A DNA stretch of 63,868 nucleotides, filler included, from Craspedostauros australis (lineage: Eukaryota), in NCBI GenBank assembly GCA_030167865.1. It is 21 parts of 21 records of this genome, joined end to end, with 100 filler letters (N's around TTAATTAATTAA, not from the genome) between each part and the next. Parts side by side here need not be neighbours in the genome. Positions count along the whole stretch, not along the records: positions 36,353 to 40,044 come from JALAGF010002016.1; positions 40,145 to 42,115 come from JALAGF010002017.1; positions 42,216 to 44,012 come from JALAGF010002018.1; positions 44,113 to 45,817 come from JALAGF010002019.1; positions 45,918 to 47,095 come from JALAGF010002020.1; positions 47,196 to 48,373 come from JALAGF010002021.1; positions 48,474 to 54,113 come from JALAGF010002022.1; 14 more parts are not named here. One strand, 5' to 3'. Within the stretch, counting starts at the first letter, position 1; each line of letters starts with the position of its first letter. The translations under genes were made by a program, and so were the position numbers. Below, one piece after another: positions 36,353 to 48,800 of the stretch. The notes below the pieces were generated by a model, which was not told where the DNA came from, did no database searches, and saw only the letters and a program-made list of their open reading frames with translations.

Positions 36353-36917
36353 CAGAGGCAAATACTGGGTGCACCAAGTGCTCCTGCTCGAAGCAGAAGA
36401 GCTCGCGATCACCCTCAAGAACAAGCAGAGCCCCAGGATCCAGCATGCCTACAACCTTGCGATCATCGCAGCAACGAAGGCTGGTTGCATTCACGACGTT
36501 GCCCTCGCCAACGAGCTGGCTGGAGAACACTTCGTCGAGCACGGCTCCAAGGAGATGGTTGGTGACTACTTCGTTCACGCCGTGGACTACTACAAGGCGT
36601 GGGGCGGCAAGAGCAAGGTCAACGACATCAAGAAGCGGCGCAAGCAGTACTTGAAGACCCTCAACGATCCCGATCGCCAGCGTCCGGAGGGCCTCACTGA
36701 CGACGGCAACGGCAACTTCCTCTTCGGAATCACCCGGGATTCTTTCACTGGGGCGATCACTTCAAGATGCGCAGAGCTTGACGCATTCGCCGACCGTGGC
36801 AAGGGCGGTGATGGCCCTGGCAGTGCACTCGTGTTCGGGTCGGAGCTCGGAGATGGTATGGATGGTTCCGTGGGCCTCGATGAGGATGATCTGTCTGTGT
36901 TGACTGACATCGATTAA
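36353..36917 (+). CDS. C-terminal TPR-like part of a STAND/AAA (AAA_16-type) protein
   Basis: IHDVALANELAGEHF...AVDYYKAWGGKSKV is typical of the end of the helical domain in multi-sensor AAA/kinase proteins. Confidence 0.75.
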
Positions 36918-37206
36918 GCATGAGGAGCCTAGACCGTTACTCCATGGAGCACATAATCGTAGTATCGAACATGGACTAGAATAGTATATATCACGCTGCT
37001 GACTTCGTCTCTCCTTCGCTCATAGAAAGCGACTTTATGTGGAGTACCAAATGCGAGTTGTGGTGGTGATATGCAACGAGTAAACCCAAACCATTCGATC
37101 CCCACATCCCCTCGCAAAAGGAATGGATCCGATCAGGCTGCCGCAAACGAATCGAGTTGTTGGCATGCGGCACCGCGATATGCCGCGTTGAAATTACAAC
37201 CCCTCT

Positions 37207-37395
37207 TCAGTGTTGTCTTGGTCGGATCGTGAGGCCTACATCATCCGACGGGTCCAGTATCCCGAACTCGTCAAGGGTCATGTCGAACTCTGTTGTCCCC
37301 TCCACCTCGACATCAAATTGGTGGATCAAGCTAGCCACGAAGTTCTTGGCGGCGGCTGTCACGAACTTGCGAGCTGGGCAGTTGCGGAACCCCCA
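37207..37395 (-). pseudogene. Cytochrome P450 C-terminal remnant
   Basis: GFRNCPARKF resembles the heme-Cys motif, followed by KNFVASLIHQFDVE...GILDPSDDVGLTIRPR*; no upstream body. Confidence 0.5.
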
Positions 37396-37489
37396 ACAAT
37401 TTGTCGACATTTCTGATCAAAATACAACAATAAAATTGCGGGACACGAACAATCACAAAACATGAGCTTCACTCCAATTCGTCGAATTT

Positions 37490-38130
37490 TGTTGGAAGAG
37501 TTAGGAATCGGGCGTAGACGGCGCGAATCGGTGGAGGATACCTCGTGAATCTGCTGGCTTCGGGATAGCCGTGTGATGCAGTTCAAGAGAAGTGTACTGA
37601 TTGAAGAGTTGTTACTGTAACGATGAGTAGAAGAGTGCTTTGTAGCTAATCCTTGTCTGTTTATTATGAGTTAGCTTGTAGTGTTAGTAGGGTGAAGAAA
37701 CGATGCCACACAACTTGGCGAGACCCTGCACTGATGTACTTGGTTCAGCGCTTGAGGGTAGATGATCATAACAGTGCCTTGCTCTCCATACATGTAGATA
37801 CACTGCAGTGTAGATCATGACGCATGTTAGTGATGGTCATGAAGCAGTGGCTGTGGCTGGAGCTGACCCTCGGATTCCATTGCTTGAGTTGAAGCAAGTT
37901 GGATACACACGTCAGGGCCACGGCGGTAGTGTAGTGGTTATCAGCATGGAGGGAATCGAGGTATGTTGTAGTAAGAGGATCTGAGGAGCATATAGTTCCC
38001 AAGGTGGGGTGTGAGTCAGGTCGGTCATGCTTGAGTCATGATGGATTCGTGAATGGAGGAGAGAAAGGAGGAGAAAAGATTTGGTGGTCAATCAAGTCGG
38101 AGGATTTCGCGCCAAAACAAGAATTTCTCC
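37490..38130 (-). mobile_element. LTR-like family C copy
   Basis: Ends ...CTTCCAACA on the minus strand; homologous to 28201-28990 and 35690-35831. 5' boundary approximate. Confidence 0.55.
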
Positions 38131-39367
38131 AATTGGGTTGATACCGTGTTCGGTAATAGTCTGTCCCTCATTGAATCTCAACTCCACCTTTATTTTGAGT
38201 TTCATGCGTGTAATGACTAGGCAAGAATGGATTTCTTGTAATTACGCAATTCACCGTAGATCCGTTGGAACAAGAATTGGAGAAGCACAATTATCTTTGA
38301 TCGTTCCCTCTGTCATGAATGATATAATTCCAGTCATACATGGTCATCGGCTTGTCAGCCCAAGAGGTTCCAATTGTACGTGGCAACCACAAATGGGACT
38401 GGTTCTCGCGCCAACAGAAACGAACGTTTGTTTCTCCAACACGTCCAATTCATCCACAGATATTCGCGCTGCAAGAAAGCTCGCCTCAGTTGGTTATCTT
38501 TCCGTCGTCGCCGGGGTCAATCTGGCCCATCACGAGGGGGCCATTCAGTCGTAATGGATTCAAGTAGGAAACGGTCGCACAATCAATACATCAAGTTTCG
38601 CCTGAAGACACAAATTTGTCGCTCGTCTGGTCTTGATACTGTTGTCGCTCGCCTGCGGTTTCATTCGCGTTCATGAAAGCACATGACAAAGAAGGAAGTG
38701 GCTCGTCACTTGTTCGCCGACGATGCGCCTTGGGCCTCTTGGTGCGATCGTCGCCTCTTTCCGCTGAAACTCAGGAAGTGTTCTTCGAGGAACGAATCAG
38801 CAACGCGACTATCGTCCACCGTTGTGAACACACAACAACACAAGATCGGCGACCACACCACGAATCACGCTTTCTCTTGGTGCAACAGTCCTGCGTCGGT
38901 TCCCTACCCAGCTACGAGCGCAAGTGTGGAACCAGGGCTGGTGCTATGTAACGTCAATGTTGTTGGTTCGATCATTAGGGATATTGTTGATTTATGAGTC
39001 TGTTTTGTTGTTTTGCGCTGTTGCTTTGCGCCTGTGCTATTTGCATGTGTGTGGCTGTTTTCATCTTCGTTGCGTTTCTTCGCCTTGGTGCGGTCATGTG
39101 GACCCTTGTGAGCATGCTGTGTTCCTGCAGTGGCGAAGGCCACCCGTGTACCAACACTTTCCCTTGTGTTTGTGTTAGAATCGCTCGTTGGGATCCCGCA
39201 ACAGAAAACGAGGAAGACGACCCCTCCTGCGCGCGCGTGTAGACTGTCTCAGCATCTCAAAAAGCTGTCAACCACAAGGTCATCATAAAATTGACATGCT
39301 GCAGAAGTCGATCAGCTCTGCATCTCTTTGCGCGCACAAGTTGCTCTAATCCCATCCACACCGCGCC

Positions 39368-40044
39368 ATGCAAGTCGAACAGTACCATCTCCGCGCGAGC
39401 AAGGTGTCTATTGTTGGAGATTTTCAAGAAGATGAGTATTCTCCCTTCGAGGAAGAACATCACTCCAATACCAAAACCAACCCCGGTACCGAAACCACTC
39501 CTAATGCTATCGGAACCTCCAACGCACCTGATGCCGCTGGCCCCTCAAGCGGCGTCGCTCCATGGAAGGACACATCGCAATTCCTCGGTAGAGAGGCAGA
39601 GCTCGAACAGCTCAAAGCTCTGAAGGACAAGATCATCGGGGAGCACCAGAGCAATGCCACTCCCCCTGCACCGGAATCATCTGCTGATGAGGACAAGGAC
39701 AAGACCAAGGACAAGACCAAGGACAAGACCAAGGACAAGACCAAGGCAACAACGCCAGCACCCAAACCAAAGCCAAGCAAGAGACTCGATGTGCATCCAG
39801 CCGTTCTGGTCTGGGGTGTCAGCGGTACAGGAAAGTCTGCTCTCGTCGATCACTTCCTCGACACGTGCTGTATCTGCAACACTGGCGTCGACCAGAAGCA
39901 AACGAAGACCGAACAAGCGGATGCAGGCGATGCAGCACCATCTTGCTCCTGCTGCTACGTTCTTCGTGGAAAGTATGACGAGTACACGGGTCAGAGTGAC
40001 CCGTTCTCGGCCATCGTCCAAGCCCTCCAAGACTTCACGACCCA
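39368..40044 (+). CDS. N-terminal part of a STAND/AAA_16 ATPase, 3'-truncated
   Basis: FLGREAELEQL, VLVWGVSGTGKSALV (Walker A), RGKYDE...PFSAIVQAL; (DKTK)4 repeat at ~39698-39745. Confidence 0.8.
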
Positions 40045-40144
40045 NNNNNNNNNNNNNNNNNNNNNNNNNNNNNNNNNNNNNNNNNNNNTTAATTAATTAA
40101 NNNNNNNNNNNNNNNNNNNNNNNNNNNNNNNNNNNNNNNNNNNN

Positions 40145-42115
40145 GCGCTTGTCGCCCACCTTTGTTGCCTTGATGTAGCGACCGCTGCCGATCTTGATGG
40201 AGTGGTCGGCTACGCGCACGTTGGTCATTCCCTCGTCGTTGTTGGTTAGGTGGCACGAGGCACCTGAGTCGCCCAACCAAGTGTTTGCCTCATGGCGGTC
40301 TGGGGCGAGCGTGATGCGGNNNNNNNNNNNNNNNNNNNNNNNNNNNNNNNNNNNNNNNNNNNNNNNNNNNNNNNNNNNNNNNNNNNNNNNNNNNNNNNNN
40401 NNNNNNNNNNNNNNNNNNNNNNNNNNNNNNNNNNNNNNNNNNNNNNNNNNNNNNNNNNNNNNNNNNNNNNNNNNNNNNNNNNNNNNNNNNNNNNNNNNNN
40501 NNNNNNNNNNNAACTGCTCCTTCTCCAGCCTTTCGTTGATAAACGGCATGTTCTTCATGACGTTGAACGGAGTCATCATCCCGATTTCGCGTAGGAGGAA
40601 GTAGAGGGTGCGGGCGTCCGCGCAGTTGCGTCTGTCTCTCGAGTTGTACTCCTCCACTGTGTCGAAGCACAGCAAGGCAAGCTCGGAGCGCACACTGTCA
40701 GCCGGCATGGCGTTGCTCAATGAGTATCGCACTGCGAGTGCGAGGGACTCCTCCTTTGCGAGCATNNNNNNNNNNNNNNNNNNNNNNNNNNNNNNNNNNN
40801 NNNNNNNNNNNNNNNNNNNNNNNNNNNNNNNNNNNNNNNNNNNNNNNNNNNNNNNNNNNNNNNNNNNNNNNNNNNNNNNNNNNNNNNNNNNNNNNNNNNN
40901 NNNNNATGCCCATCCTTGGTACATTGCGCGCCCTGCTGCTTCGATCGTCTTCTCGATGGGAGACTTGTTGGTGGAGAGCGAGAAGACAGGCTCTCTGCAG
41001 ATGTCTTCTGCTCCGATCACCATCGCCACTTCGTTGGTAGATTCTTCTTCGGTGCTGACGAGGTCTTCATCGTAGATGACCTCGTCAAAGAACTCGTCGT
41101 CTTCGGTGGACTCGTCGTCGGACGGGAAGAGTTCGCGGTTGATGCGCTCGGCGGCGACCGCTGGTGGTCCGTAGTGACCATACACCCCTGGGTGGTGGGC
41201 CGCCCGCTCTTCCGCTGTCCACTCGGAGCCTTGGTTTGGCTCTTCGTTGCCTTGATCGGCCATCTCTTCGTCGGTGGACGCGAGGGCGAGGTCTTCGGTG
41301 GTCTCCTCTTCGGGAGGCATCATGGCGAGGTCGTTGCTCATGTTTTTCTTGATGTTCGCAATTTCTTGGGTTGTTACGAGTCTTGGGTTGGTCACATTTT
41401 TGACCTCTGTCGAATCAAGTTCGAACTCGTTGGTGAGGAAGCACATCATGTCCGTGCTGTCCATGGACTGGTCGTCCTCGGGCAACCAGGAGGGCTCCTC
41501 GATCATGGCTAGAGCAACGTCGTCGGCCTTCTCGTCGGAAGGTAACCACATCTCTTCGTCAACTTCAACGAAGGAGTCGTACCCAGCCACATCGTCTTCG
41601 GTAGTCCGCCACATGTGTTCTTCGACCATCACGAGGGCGACGTCTATCTCTTCCTCCATGCCGTCGGTCGCCACGTTTGCGGCCTCGGCTTCTCGCATCG
41701 CTGCTTTCAACTTGAAGCAGTCGAGGATCTTGTGCCCCTTCTTACCGCAGTACTTGCAGTTTCCGTTGAACTTGTTCTTGGCGGGGGTGTCACCTCTCTT
41801 GTTGTTCTTCTTCAAGGTCTTGTTGTTTTTGTTCCTTGGGGGAGAGCGGCAGTCCGCCTTCTTGTGCCCGTAGGCACCGCAGTTGCGGCAGTACCCTTTG
41901 AAGCCGCCCGTGGCAGCGAGAGCCATTTCCTCTTTGGTGTCGCTCTCACGGCGGTTGCTTCCTTGCTTGATGTGACGTGCGTCGTAGGTGGCACTCACTG
42001 CTTCACGGATGTCCTCGATTGACATCGTGCTTTCAATGCTGGTGAACTTGAGCTCGATGAGCTTCACATCCATCTCGTAGTCCCTTGCGAGGGCGTTGAG
42101 CACGAGCATGTGGTA
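40145..42115 (-). mobile_element. Copia gag-protease fragment
   Basis: Two CCHC knuckles (CRNCGAYGHKKADC, CKYCGKKGHKILDC) and protease motif WLGDSGASCHLT. Confidence 0.88.
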
Positions 42116-42355
42116 NNNNNNNNNNNNNNNNNNNNNNNNNNNNNNNNNNNNNNNNNNNNTTAATTAATTAANNNNNNNNNNNNNNNNNNNNNNNNNNNNN
42201 NNNNNNNNNNNNNNNGGTGCGATTATAATATGAATATGATACGAGAAGGGAGCGACTACGATGCGAGTAGAGCACACCACCAGAGTATATCGGGAGTACA
42301 TTTAGAAGCAGAATGCGATAGTCGAATGGTACATTCCTTGTTTCTGGACATTATT

Positions 42356-43690
42356 CTATTCTGTGGAGGACTCGGCGTTCTTCTCGCCACTTCTCAGAAA
42401 CGATTTGAAGAAGGAGGCTTGGATNGACACNCTCTGCTCCCAATCATANTTCATCACCCTTTCCATCAACCATTCATACAAAGCATACGAGGTGATCCTG
42501 TCAGTTCTGTCTTTGCTTTCTTCGATTGCCTCGCACGCAGCTTTTCGGACCTTTTCAGATAGCTGTGGCGTCTTCTTCTTCTTCTTCGTGGGTGACATCA
42601 TCCTGATTTTTTGTTCGGATGCCCACAATGGTTTGGATTCCGAAGAGGATGACACATTGGGGTGCATCACGGTTGATTTGGCAGGTGGCTTCGATGGCGA
42701 TTTCACAGTTGGCGATGCTGATACAGATGATGCCGCCGATGATGCTGCTGATGATGACGATGAATTTGCAGTTGATTTCGTGGCTGCTGTCTTCGTGGTC
42801 GCTTTCGTACTCGCCTTTTTGGTATACGTGATTGCCCAACCCGATTCGACAAAGTCAGGAGCCTCGACCTTCTGCTCAACTGTGACAGTGTTGGCTTCGT
42901 CGCCAGGGCGTGGCTGTGAGATGAAATCGAAGACCCAATTTGTGACGAGATTGCGAAGAACAGCACTTTTTGGAGTATCAGGCTTGCCGCGAGCGCGTGA
43001 CGTGCGTGTTGTGTATTTTGGCGGAGACTTGGTTTCGCCTGGCGTCTTCACGAAGGCAGGTTCGATCTCTTTGATTTCCTCGCTTTCAAAGTGTATTTGC
43101 AGATCTTGGATGTCGTAGCTGTCAAGCTTTTCTTGATGGATGATTTCTGGCTTGGTGACACCAGAGGATGCTGTAAGTGCAGCACTGTCATCGCGAAAGT
43201 CCACCTGATGCACGCCTCGGCAGGGAATCTCTTCTGTTCGAAATGGCTTGTTTTCGAGTCCATCGGATTGCATGACGGTGGTGCCCTTCAACTTGCCAGC
43301 ATGCGCAAGCACAATGATTGTCCCCTTGATCTTGTGCTTGATGAGGTTGGTGTAGATACCTTTCTCTGTCAACCCCTTTGCGCCCTTTGTGCGGTTGATG
43401 GCTCGTCTTAGAACGTTGCCCACGATACCAAAGTGGCCATCCACTGGACTCTTGCCGGTCTGGGCTTCTGTGAACAGCCACTGCGTGATTTTGGGTAAAT
43501 TTGATGGTGGCGTTGACTCGTGATTCTTGGTGGCTTGTTCCTCACTTTTTCGCTTCGCGAACAAAAACGCGTTAGATTTGATGCGTTTGTGTTCTTCCCT
43601 CTGCGCTATTCTCTTTGCTCGCGCTTTCTGTTCCGGAGTTTTCGCGACAGACTTCCTTCCCACAGGGGCTTCCGGTAAACTGCCGGACAT
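42356..43690 (-). mobile_element. Sola3-like transposase-derived ORF (C-terminal catalytic segment)
   Basis: WLFTEAQTGKSPVDGHFG resembles the E.Q.GK..xD motif of Sola-type DDD transposases as I recall it; basic N-terminus. Confidence 0.5.
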
Positions 43691-43815
43691 GGTGGTTCGG
43701 GTGCATTTTAACGGACTTACGAACACTGTTAGTCGTGAATGAGATTTTATTAGTCTTGATTGCCATGTCCTTCAGACATTGTCGTCGCCACTCGCGACTC
43801 GTATCTGTGCGATGT

Positions 43816-43969
43816 CAAAAGATGCCCTAAAATAGGGCACCTTTTCAAAACGTGCCTTAAATTAGGGCATCTTTTCAAAACGTGCCTTATATAGGGCACC
43901 TTTTCAAAACGTGCCCTGAATAGGGCATCTTTTCAAAACGTGCCCTAAATAGGGCACCTTTTCTCCCTC
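43816..43969. repeat. Five ~29-30-bp tandem units, each a GTGCCCTA..TAGGGCAC hairpin plus TTTTCAAAA
   Basis: Directly visible; ends in CTCCCTC (GAGGGAG on the minus strand), a candidate element terminus. Confidence 0.9.
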
Positions 43970-44112
43970 ACCCACATGTCGCTGTTCGCAGCCGATTGGA
44001 CGACAGAAAGAGNNNNNNNNNNNNNNNNNNNNNNNNNNNNNNNNNNNNNNNNNNNNTTAATTAATTAANNNNNNNNNNNNNNNNNNNNNNNNNNNNNNNN
44101 NNNNNNNNNNNN

Positions 44113-47100
44113 ATTCGAACTGACAGCTGGTTCGGAATCAGAACAGAAGGTAGGAATCTTATGATTGAAGTATCATGGCGATTGTCAAAGGTGCAAGGTG
44201 CAGAGAATGCATGGCACTGACTACTACATGCAAAGTAGTGGACTAGTAGAAGGAGGAAGATCGAGATTATGTCGAATACACGCTATCATGCGTGGTATTA
44301 GCACACAATATCAGCATAGAGAGAGAATATGACTAGCAGCAAGAGAGCATCTCATGTGCCAACTCATAGTCAGACGGACGAACCACTGAGAGCATCAGGT
44401 AGACAAGAGATTTCAAGAGCATCGAAGAGACACTAAGAGTATTGGAGTAGCAACGTAATGAACTAACAAGAGTATTGTAACAACCAACACCATCATCAAC
44501 AATGCCAAGGCCATTCGTGTGCGGAACTTGCCAACATCCCTTCCAGGCGAATCAAGGACTTCAAACTCCATGGTCGTACTCTTTAGAGTGTGATTGGAGT
44601 GGTGCCGTTGGTCAGATCTCACAAAATGGCCTGAGGAATGCGTAGACATGCAGAAGATTGTGCAGCATCAAGCGTAGCGCTGAGTATGACGAGGTTCATA
44701 GATTTGGATATCAGCATCTCTTCCAGATGGATAAATACACTTGCTAGCTGGCAGCATACCCATTGGAATGCTTGGGATGCNNNNNNNNNNNNNNNNNNNN
44801 NNNNNNNNNNNNNNNNNNNNNNNNNNNNNNNNNNNNNNNNNNNNNNNNNNNNNNNNNNNNNNNNNNNAGATGGATGATGCACATATCTACAACTGAAGTA
44901 GGCATTTATCCCTTCATTAGATAATGTGTGTTGATAGGAACTTATTAATGTCACAATGCTACAAGTATGATAAACATGTATGATGTGGCTTGTACTTTTC
45001 CTGTGTGATACAGGTGGTCTATATTTATACACTAGCCTTGGAGGTCGATGCGAAATCTGCGTGTCCATGGAATGTCGCGTGGACATTTCGACGTTTTGAG
45101 TCGCGATGGAGCACAAAATAAACTGGTTGGTGGAAATTGGGTGGTTCGTGAATTTCCGCGTTGGTCGACGGTCTGATGACGGACGGAGCGGCGGCAAATT
45201 CTCCTACCCGCTGCGTCTGCTGAGACAGTCAGAGTGCACACACAACGCACACCCGTCGCGTCTGCCGATCGTCACACGTTCACCATTATCCCACGCCGCA
45301 GGCTACGCTCTTTCCAGCTGCACTGCAATTCTGTCTGGAACACTCCAAATTCTCTGCTGCCTTTGCTTCCTCTTTTTGGTGAATGTTGGTGTGCCAATTG
45401 GTTGGCTGATTGCTGAGTTCTTCCTCTGTAATGCGGAGTGACACAGATTGGCACGGGGTTTCGGGCTCTTGTTTTTGTCATTGGGTCTTGTTGCAACAGA
45501 ATGGCTGTTNGGACACGAGTTGGTTTCTTGAACCGTTGTGGCGCNNGTTGCAGAATGTCCGCTTTCATCGGACTCGCCGGACCTTTGTCGGACTATTGGT
45601 ACTTTCATCGAACTGGTCTTAGTTTCATCGAACTGGTGGTACTTTCATCGAACTGGTGGTACTTTCATCGAAGTGATGGTACTTTCATCGAACTGGTGGT
45701 ACTTTCATCGAACTTGTGTTCGTTGGAAGGTGTTCGGTATTCAAACCAAAAGACGTTAAATGCGTTAAACTACAAATTCAATGGTGGTCCATTGAGTCCA
45801 CCCAGATTTCGTTTGGGNNNNNNNNNNNNNNNNNNNNNNNNNNNNNNNNNNNNNNNNNNNNTTAATTAATTAANNNNNNNNNNNNNNNNNNNNNNNNNNN
45901 NNNNNNNNNNNNNNNNNATTCGAACTGACAGCTGGTTCGGAATCAGAACAGAAGGTAGGAATCTTATGATTGAAGTATCATGGCGATTGTCAAAGGTGCA
46001 AGGTGCAGAGAATGCATGGCACTGACTACTACATGCAAAGTAGTGGACTAGTAGAAGGAGGAAGATCGAGATTATGTCGAATACACGCTATCATGCGTGG
46101 TATTAGCACACAATATCAGCATAGAGAGAGAATATGACTAGCAGCAAGAGAGCATCTCATGTGCCAACTCATAGTCAGACGGACGAACCACTGAGAGCAT
46201 CAGGTAGACAAGAGATTTCAAGAGCATCGAAGAGACACTAAGAGTATTGGAGTAGCAACGTAATGAACTAACAAGAGTATTGTAACAACCAACACCATCA
46301 TCAACAATGCCAAGGCCATTCGTGTGCGGAACTTGCCAACATCCCTTCCAGGCGAATCAAGGACTTCAAACTCCATGGTCGTACTCTTTAGAGTGTGATT
46401 GGAGTGGTGCCGTTGGTCAGATCTCACAAAATGGCCTGAGGAATGCGTAGACATGCAGAAGATTGTGCAGCATCAAGCGTAGCGCTGAGTATGACGAGGT
46501 TCATAGATTTGGATATCAGCATCTCTTCCAGATGGATAAATACACTTGCTAGCTGGCAGCATACCCATTGGAATGCTTGGGATGCGCTATTCTTGTTAAA
46601 GTGTATTATTTTATCCGTTCCTATGAAGCTTTGGTCAGAATACGATCGACAACGCACAGAATTGGAGCAAAGAGATGGATGATGCACATATCTACAACTG
46701 AAGTAGGCATTTATCCCTTCATTAGATAATGTGTGTTGATAGGAACTTATTAATGTCACAATGCTANNNNNNNNNNNNNNNNNNNNNNNNNNNNNNNNNN
46801 NNNNNNNNNNNNNNNNNNNNNNNNNNNNNNNNNNNNNNNNNNNNNNNNNNNNNNNNNNNNNNNNNNNNNNNNNNNNNNNNNNNNNNNNNNNNNNNNNNNN
46901 NNNNNNNNNNNNNGAGCACAAAATAAACTGGTTGGTGGAAATTGGGTGGTTCGTGAATTTCCGCGTTGGTCGACGGTCTGATGACGGACGGAGCGGCGGC
47001 AAATTCTCCTACCCGCTGCGTCTGCTGAGACAGTCAGAGTGCACACACAACGCACACCCGTCGCGTCTGCCGATCGTCACACGTTCACCATTATCNNNNN

Positions 47101-48373
47101 NNNNNNNNNNNNNNNNNNNNNNNNNNNNNNNNNNNNNNNTTAATTAATTAANNNNNNNNNNNNNNNNNNNNNNNNNNNNNNNNNNNNNNNNNNNNATTCG
47201 AACTGACAGCTGGTTCGGAATCAGAACAGAAGGTAGGAATCTTATGATTGAAGTATCATGGCGATTGTCAAAGGTGCAAGGTGCAGAGAATGCATGGCAC
47301 TGACTACTACATGCAAAGTAGTGGACTAGTAGAAGGAGGAAGATCGAGATTATGTCGAATACACGCTATCATGCGTGGTATTAGCACACAATATCAGCAT
47401 AGAGAGAGAATATGACTAGCAGCAAGAGAGCATCTCATGTGCCAACTCATAGTCAGACGGACGAACCACTGAGAGCATCAGGTAGACAAGAGATTTCAAG
47501 AGCATCGAAGAGACACTAAGAGTATTGGAGTAGCAACGTAATGAACTAACAAGAGTATTGTAACAACCAACACCATCATCAACAATGCCAAGGCCATTCG
47601 TGTGCGGAACTTGCCAACATCCCTTCCAGGCGAATCAAGGACTTCAAACTCCATGGTCGTACTCTTTAGAGTGTGATTGGAGTGGTGCCGTTGGTCAGAT
47701 CTCACAAAATGGCCTGAGGAATGCGTAGACATGCAGAAGATTGTGCAGCATCAAGCGTAGCGCTGAGTATGACGAGGTTCATAGATTTGGATATCAGCAT
47801 CTCTTCCAGATGGATAAATACACTTGCTAGCTGGCAGCATACCCATTGGAATGCTTGGGATGCACTATTCTTGTTAAAGTGTAATATTTTATCCTTTCCT
47901 ATGAAGGTTTAGTCAGCATACGATCCACGATGTACATAATTGGAGCAAACAGATGGATGATGCACATATCTACAGCTGAAGTAGGCATTTATCCCTTCAT
48001 TAGACAATGTGCGTTGATAGGAACTTATTAATGTCACAATGCTAAAAGTATGATAAACATGTATGATGTGGCTTGTACTTTTCCTGTGTGATACAGGTGG
48101 CCTACATGTATACACTAGCCTTGGATGCCAATGCGAAATCTCCGTGTCCATGGAATGTCGCGTGGACATTTCGACGTTTTGAGTCGCGACAGAGCACAAA
48201 ATAAACTGGTTGGTGGAAATTGGGTGGTTCGTGAATTTCCGCGTTGGTCGACGGTCTGATGACGGACGGAGCGGCGGCAAATTCTCCTACCCGCTGCGTC
48301 TGCTGAGACAGTCAGAGTGCACACACAACGCACACCCGTCGCGTCTGCCGATCGTCACACGTTCACCATTATC
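44113..48373 (+). repeat. Three redundant scaffolds of one locus (44113-45817, 45918-47095, 47196-48373), each starting with a family A-related LTR 3' part (ends 44536, 46341, 47619)
   Basis: Identical start base, copies 2 and 3 share the end base, SNPs are confined to the central region; GCGGAACTTGCCAACA terminus. Confidence 0.9.
45598..45714. repeat. Six 20-bp tandem units GGTACTTTCATCGAACTGGT
   Basis: Directly visible; two degenerate units precede it. Confidence 0.9.
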
Positions 48374-48698
48374 NNNNNNNNNNNNNNNNNNNNNNNNNNN
48401 NNNNNNNNNNNNNNNNNTTAATTAATTAANNNNNNNNNNNNNNNNNNNNNNNNNNNNNNNNNNNNNNNNNNNNAGGCGCACGGAAAGGAACCCCTGAGAC
48501 ATGACCAATGACGCCGTGCTGCATCGCGAGGTTTTTTTTTTTGAAATCGCCAAATAAGTGAGTTACTCGAAGGAGTCAGAAAAAAACAACCCACTTTCGG
48601 GTTTCGGACCGAAATCGGGTTTTTTTTTCTGCAACACGGGACATCGTGGAGGAACATGGGACTTAAGTAGTACAAGTGGTATTTTCGGCGAGCTTGCA

Positions 48699-48800
48699 TT
48701 TGCGTCCCCACGCAAATTGGCCCAATTTGCGTCCGGACGCAAACTGAGCGTTCAATTTGCGTCCGGACGCAAGCTACGTAGAGAATGCGTCCGGACGCAA
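48699..48800. repeat. Four spaced palindromes TTTGCGTCCGGACGCAAA
   Basis: Perfect 18-bp palindrome at 48726-48743; copies at 48699 (imperfect), 48756 and 48786. Confidence 0.9.

Noticed and set aside
43816..43969. CRISPR-like palindromic array
   Set aside because: There are no unique spacers and no cas genes, and the context is eukaryotic. The same applies to 45598-45714 and 48699-48800 (spacers only 9-14 bp).
46424..47002. 192-aa minus-strand ORF in the redundant scaffolds
   Set aside because: The third copy has a stop at 47909 and no domain is recognisable.
44113..48373. Apparent 1.2-kb tandem triplication
   Set aside because: The copies are separate scaffolds with identical endpoints and N-gaps where the variants lie, consistent with haplotype or assembly-bubble redundancy.
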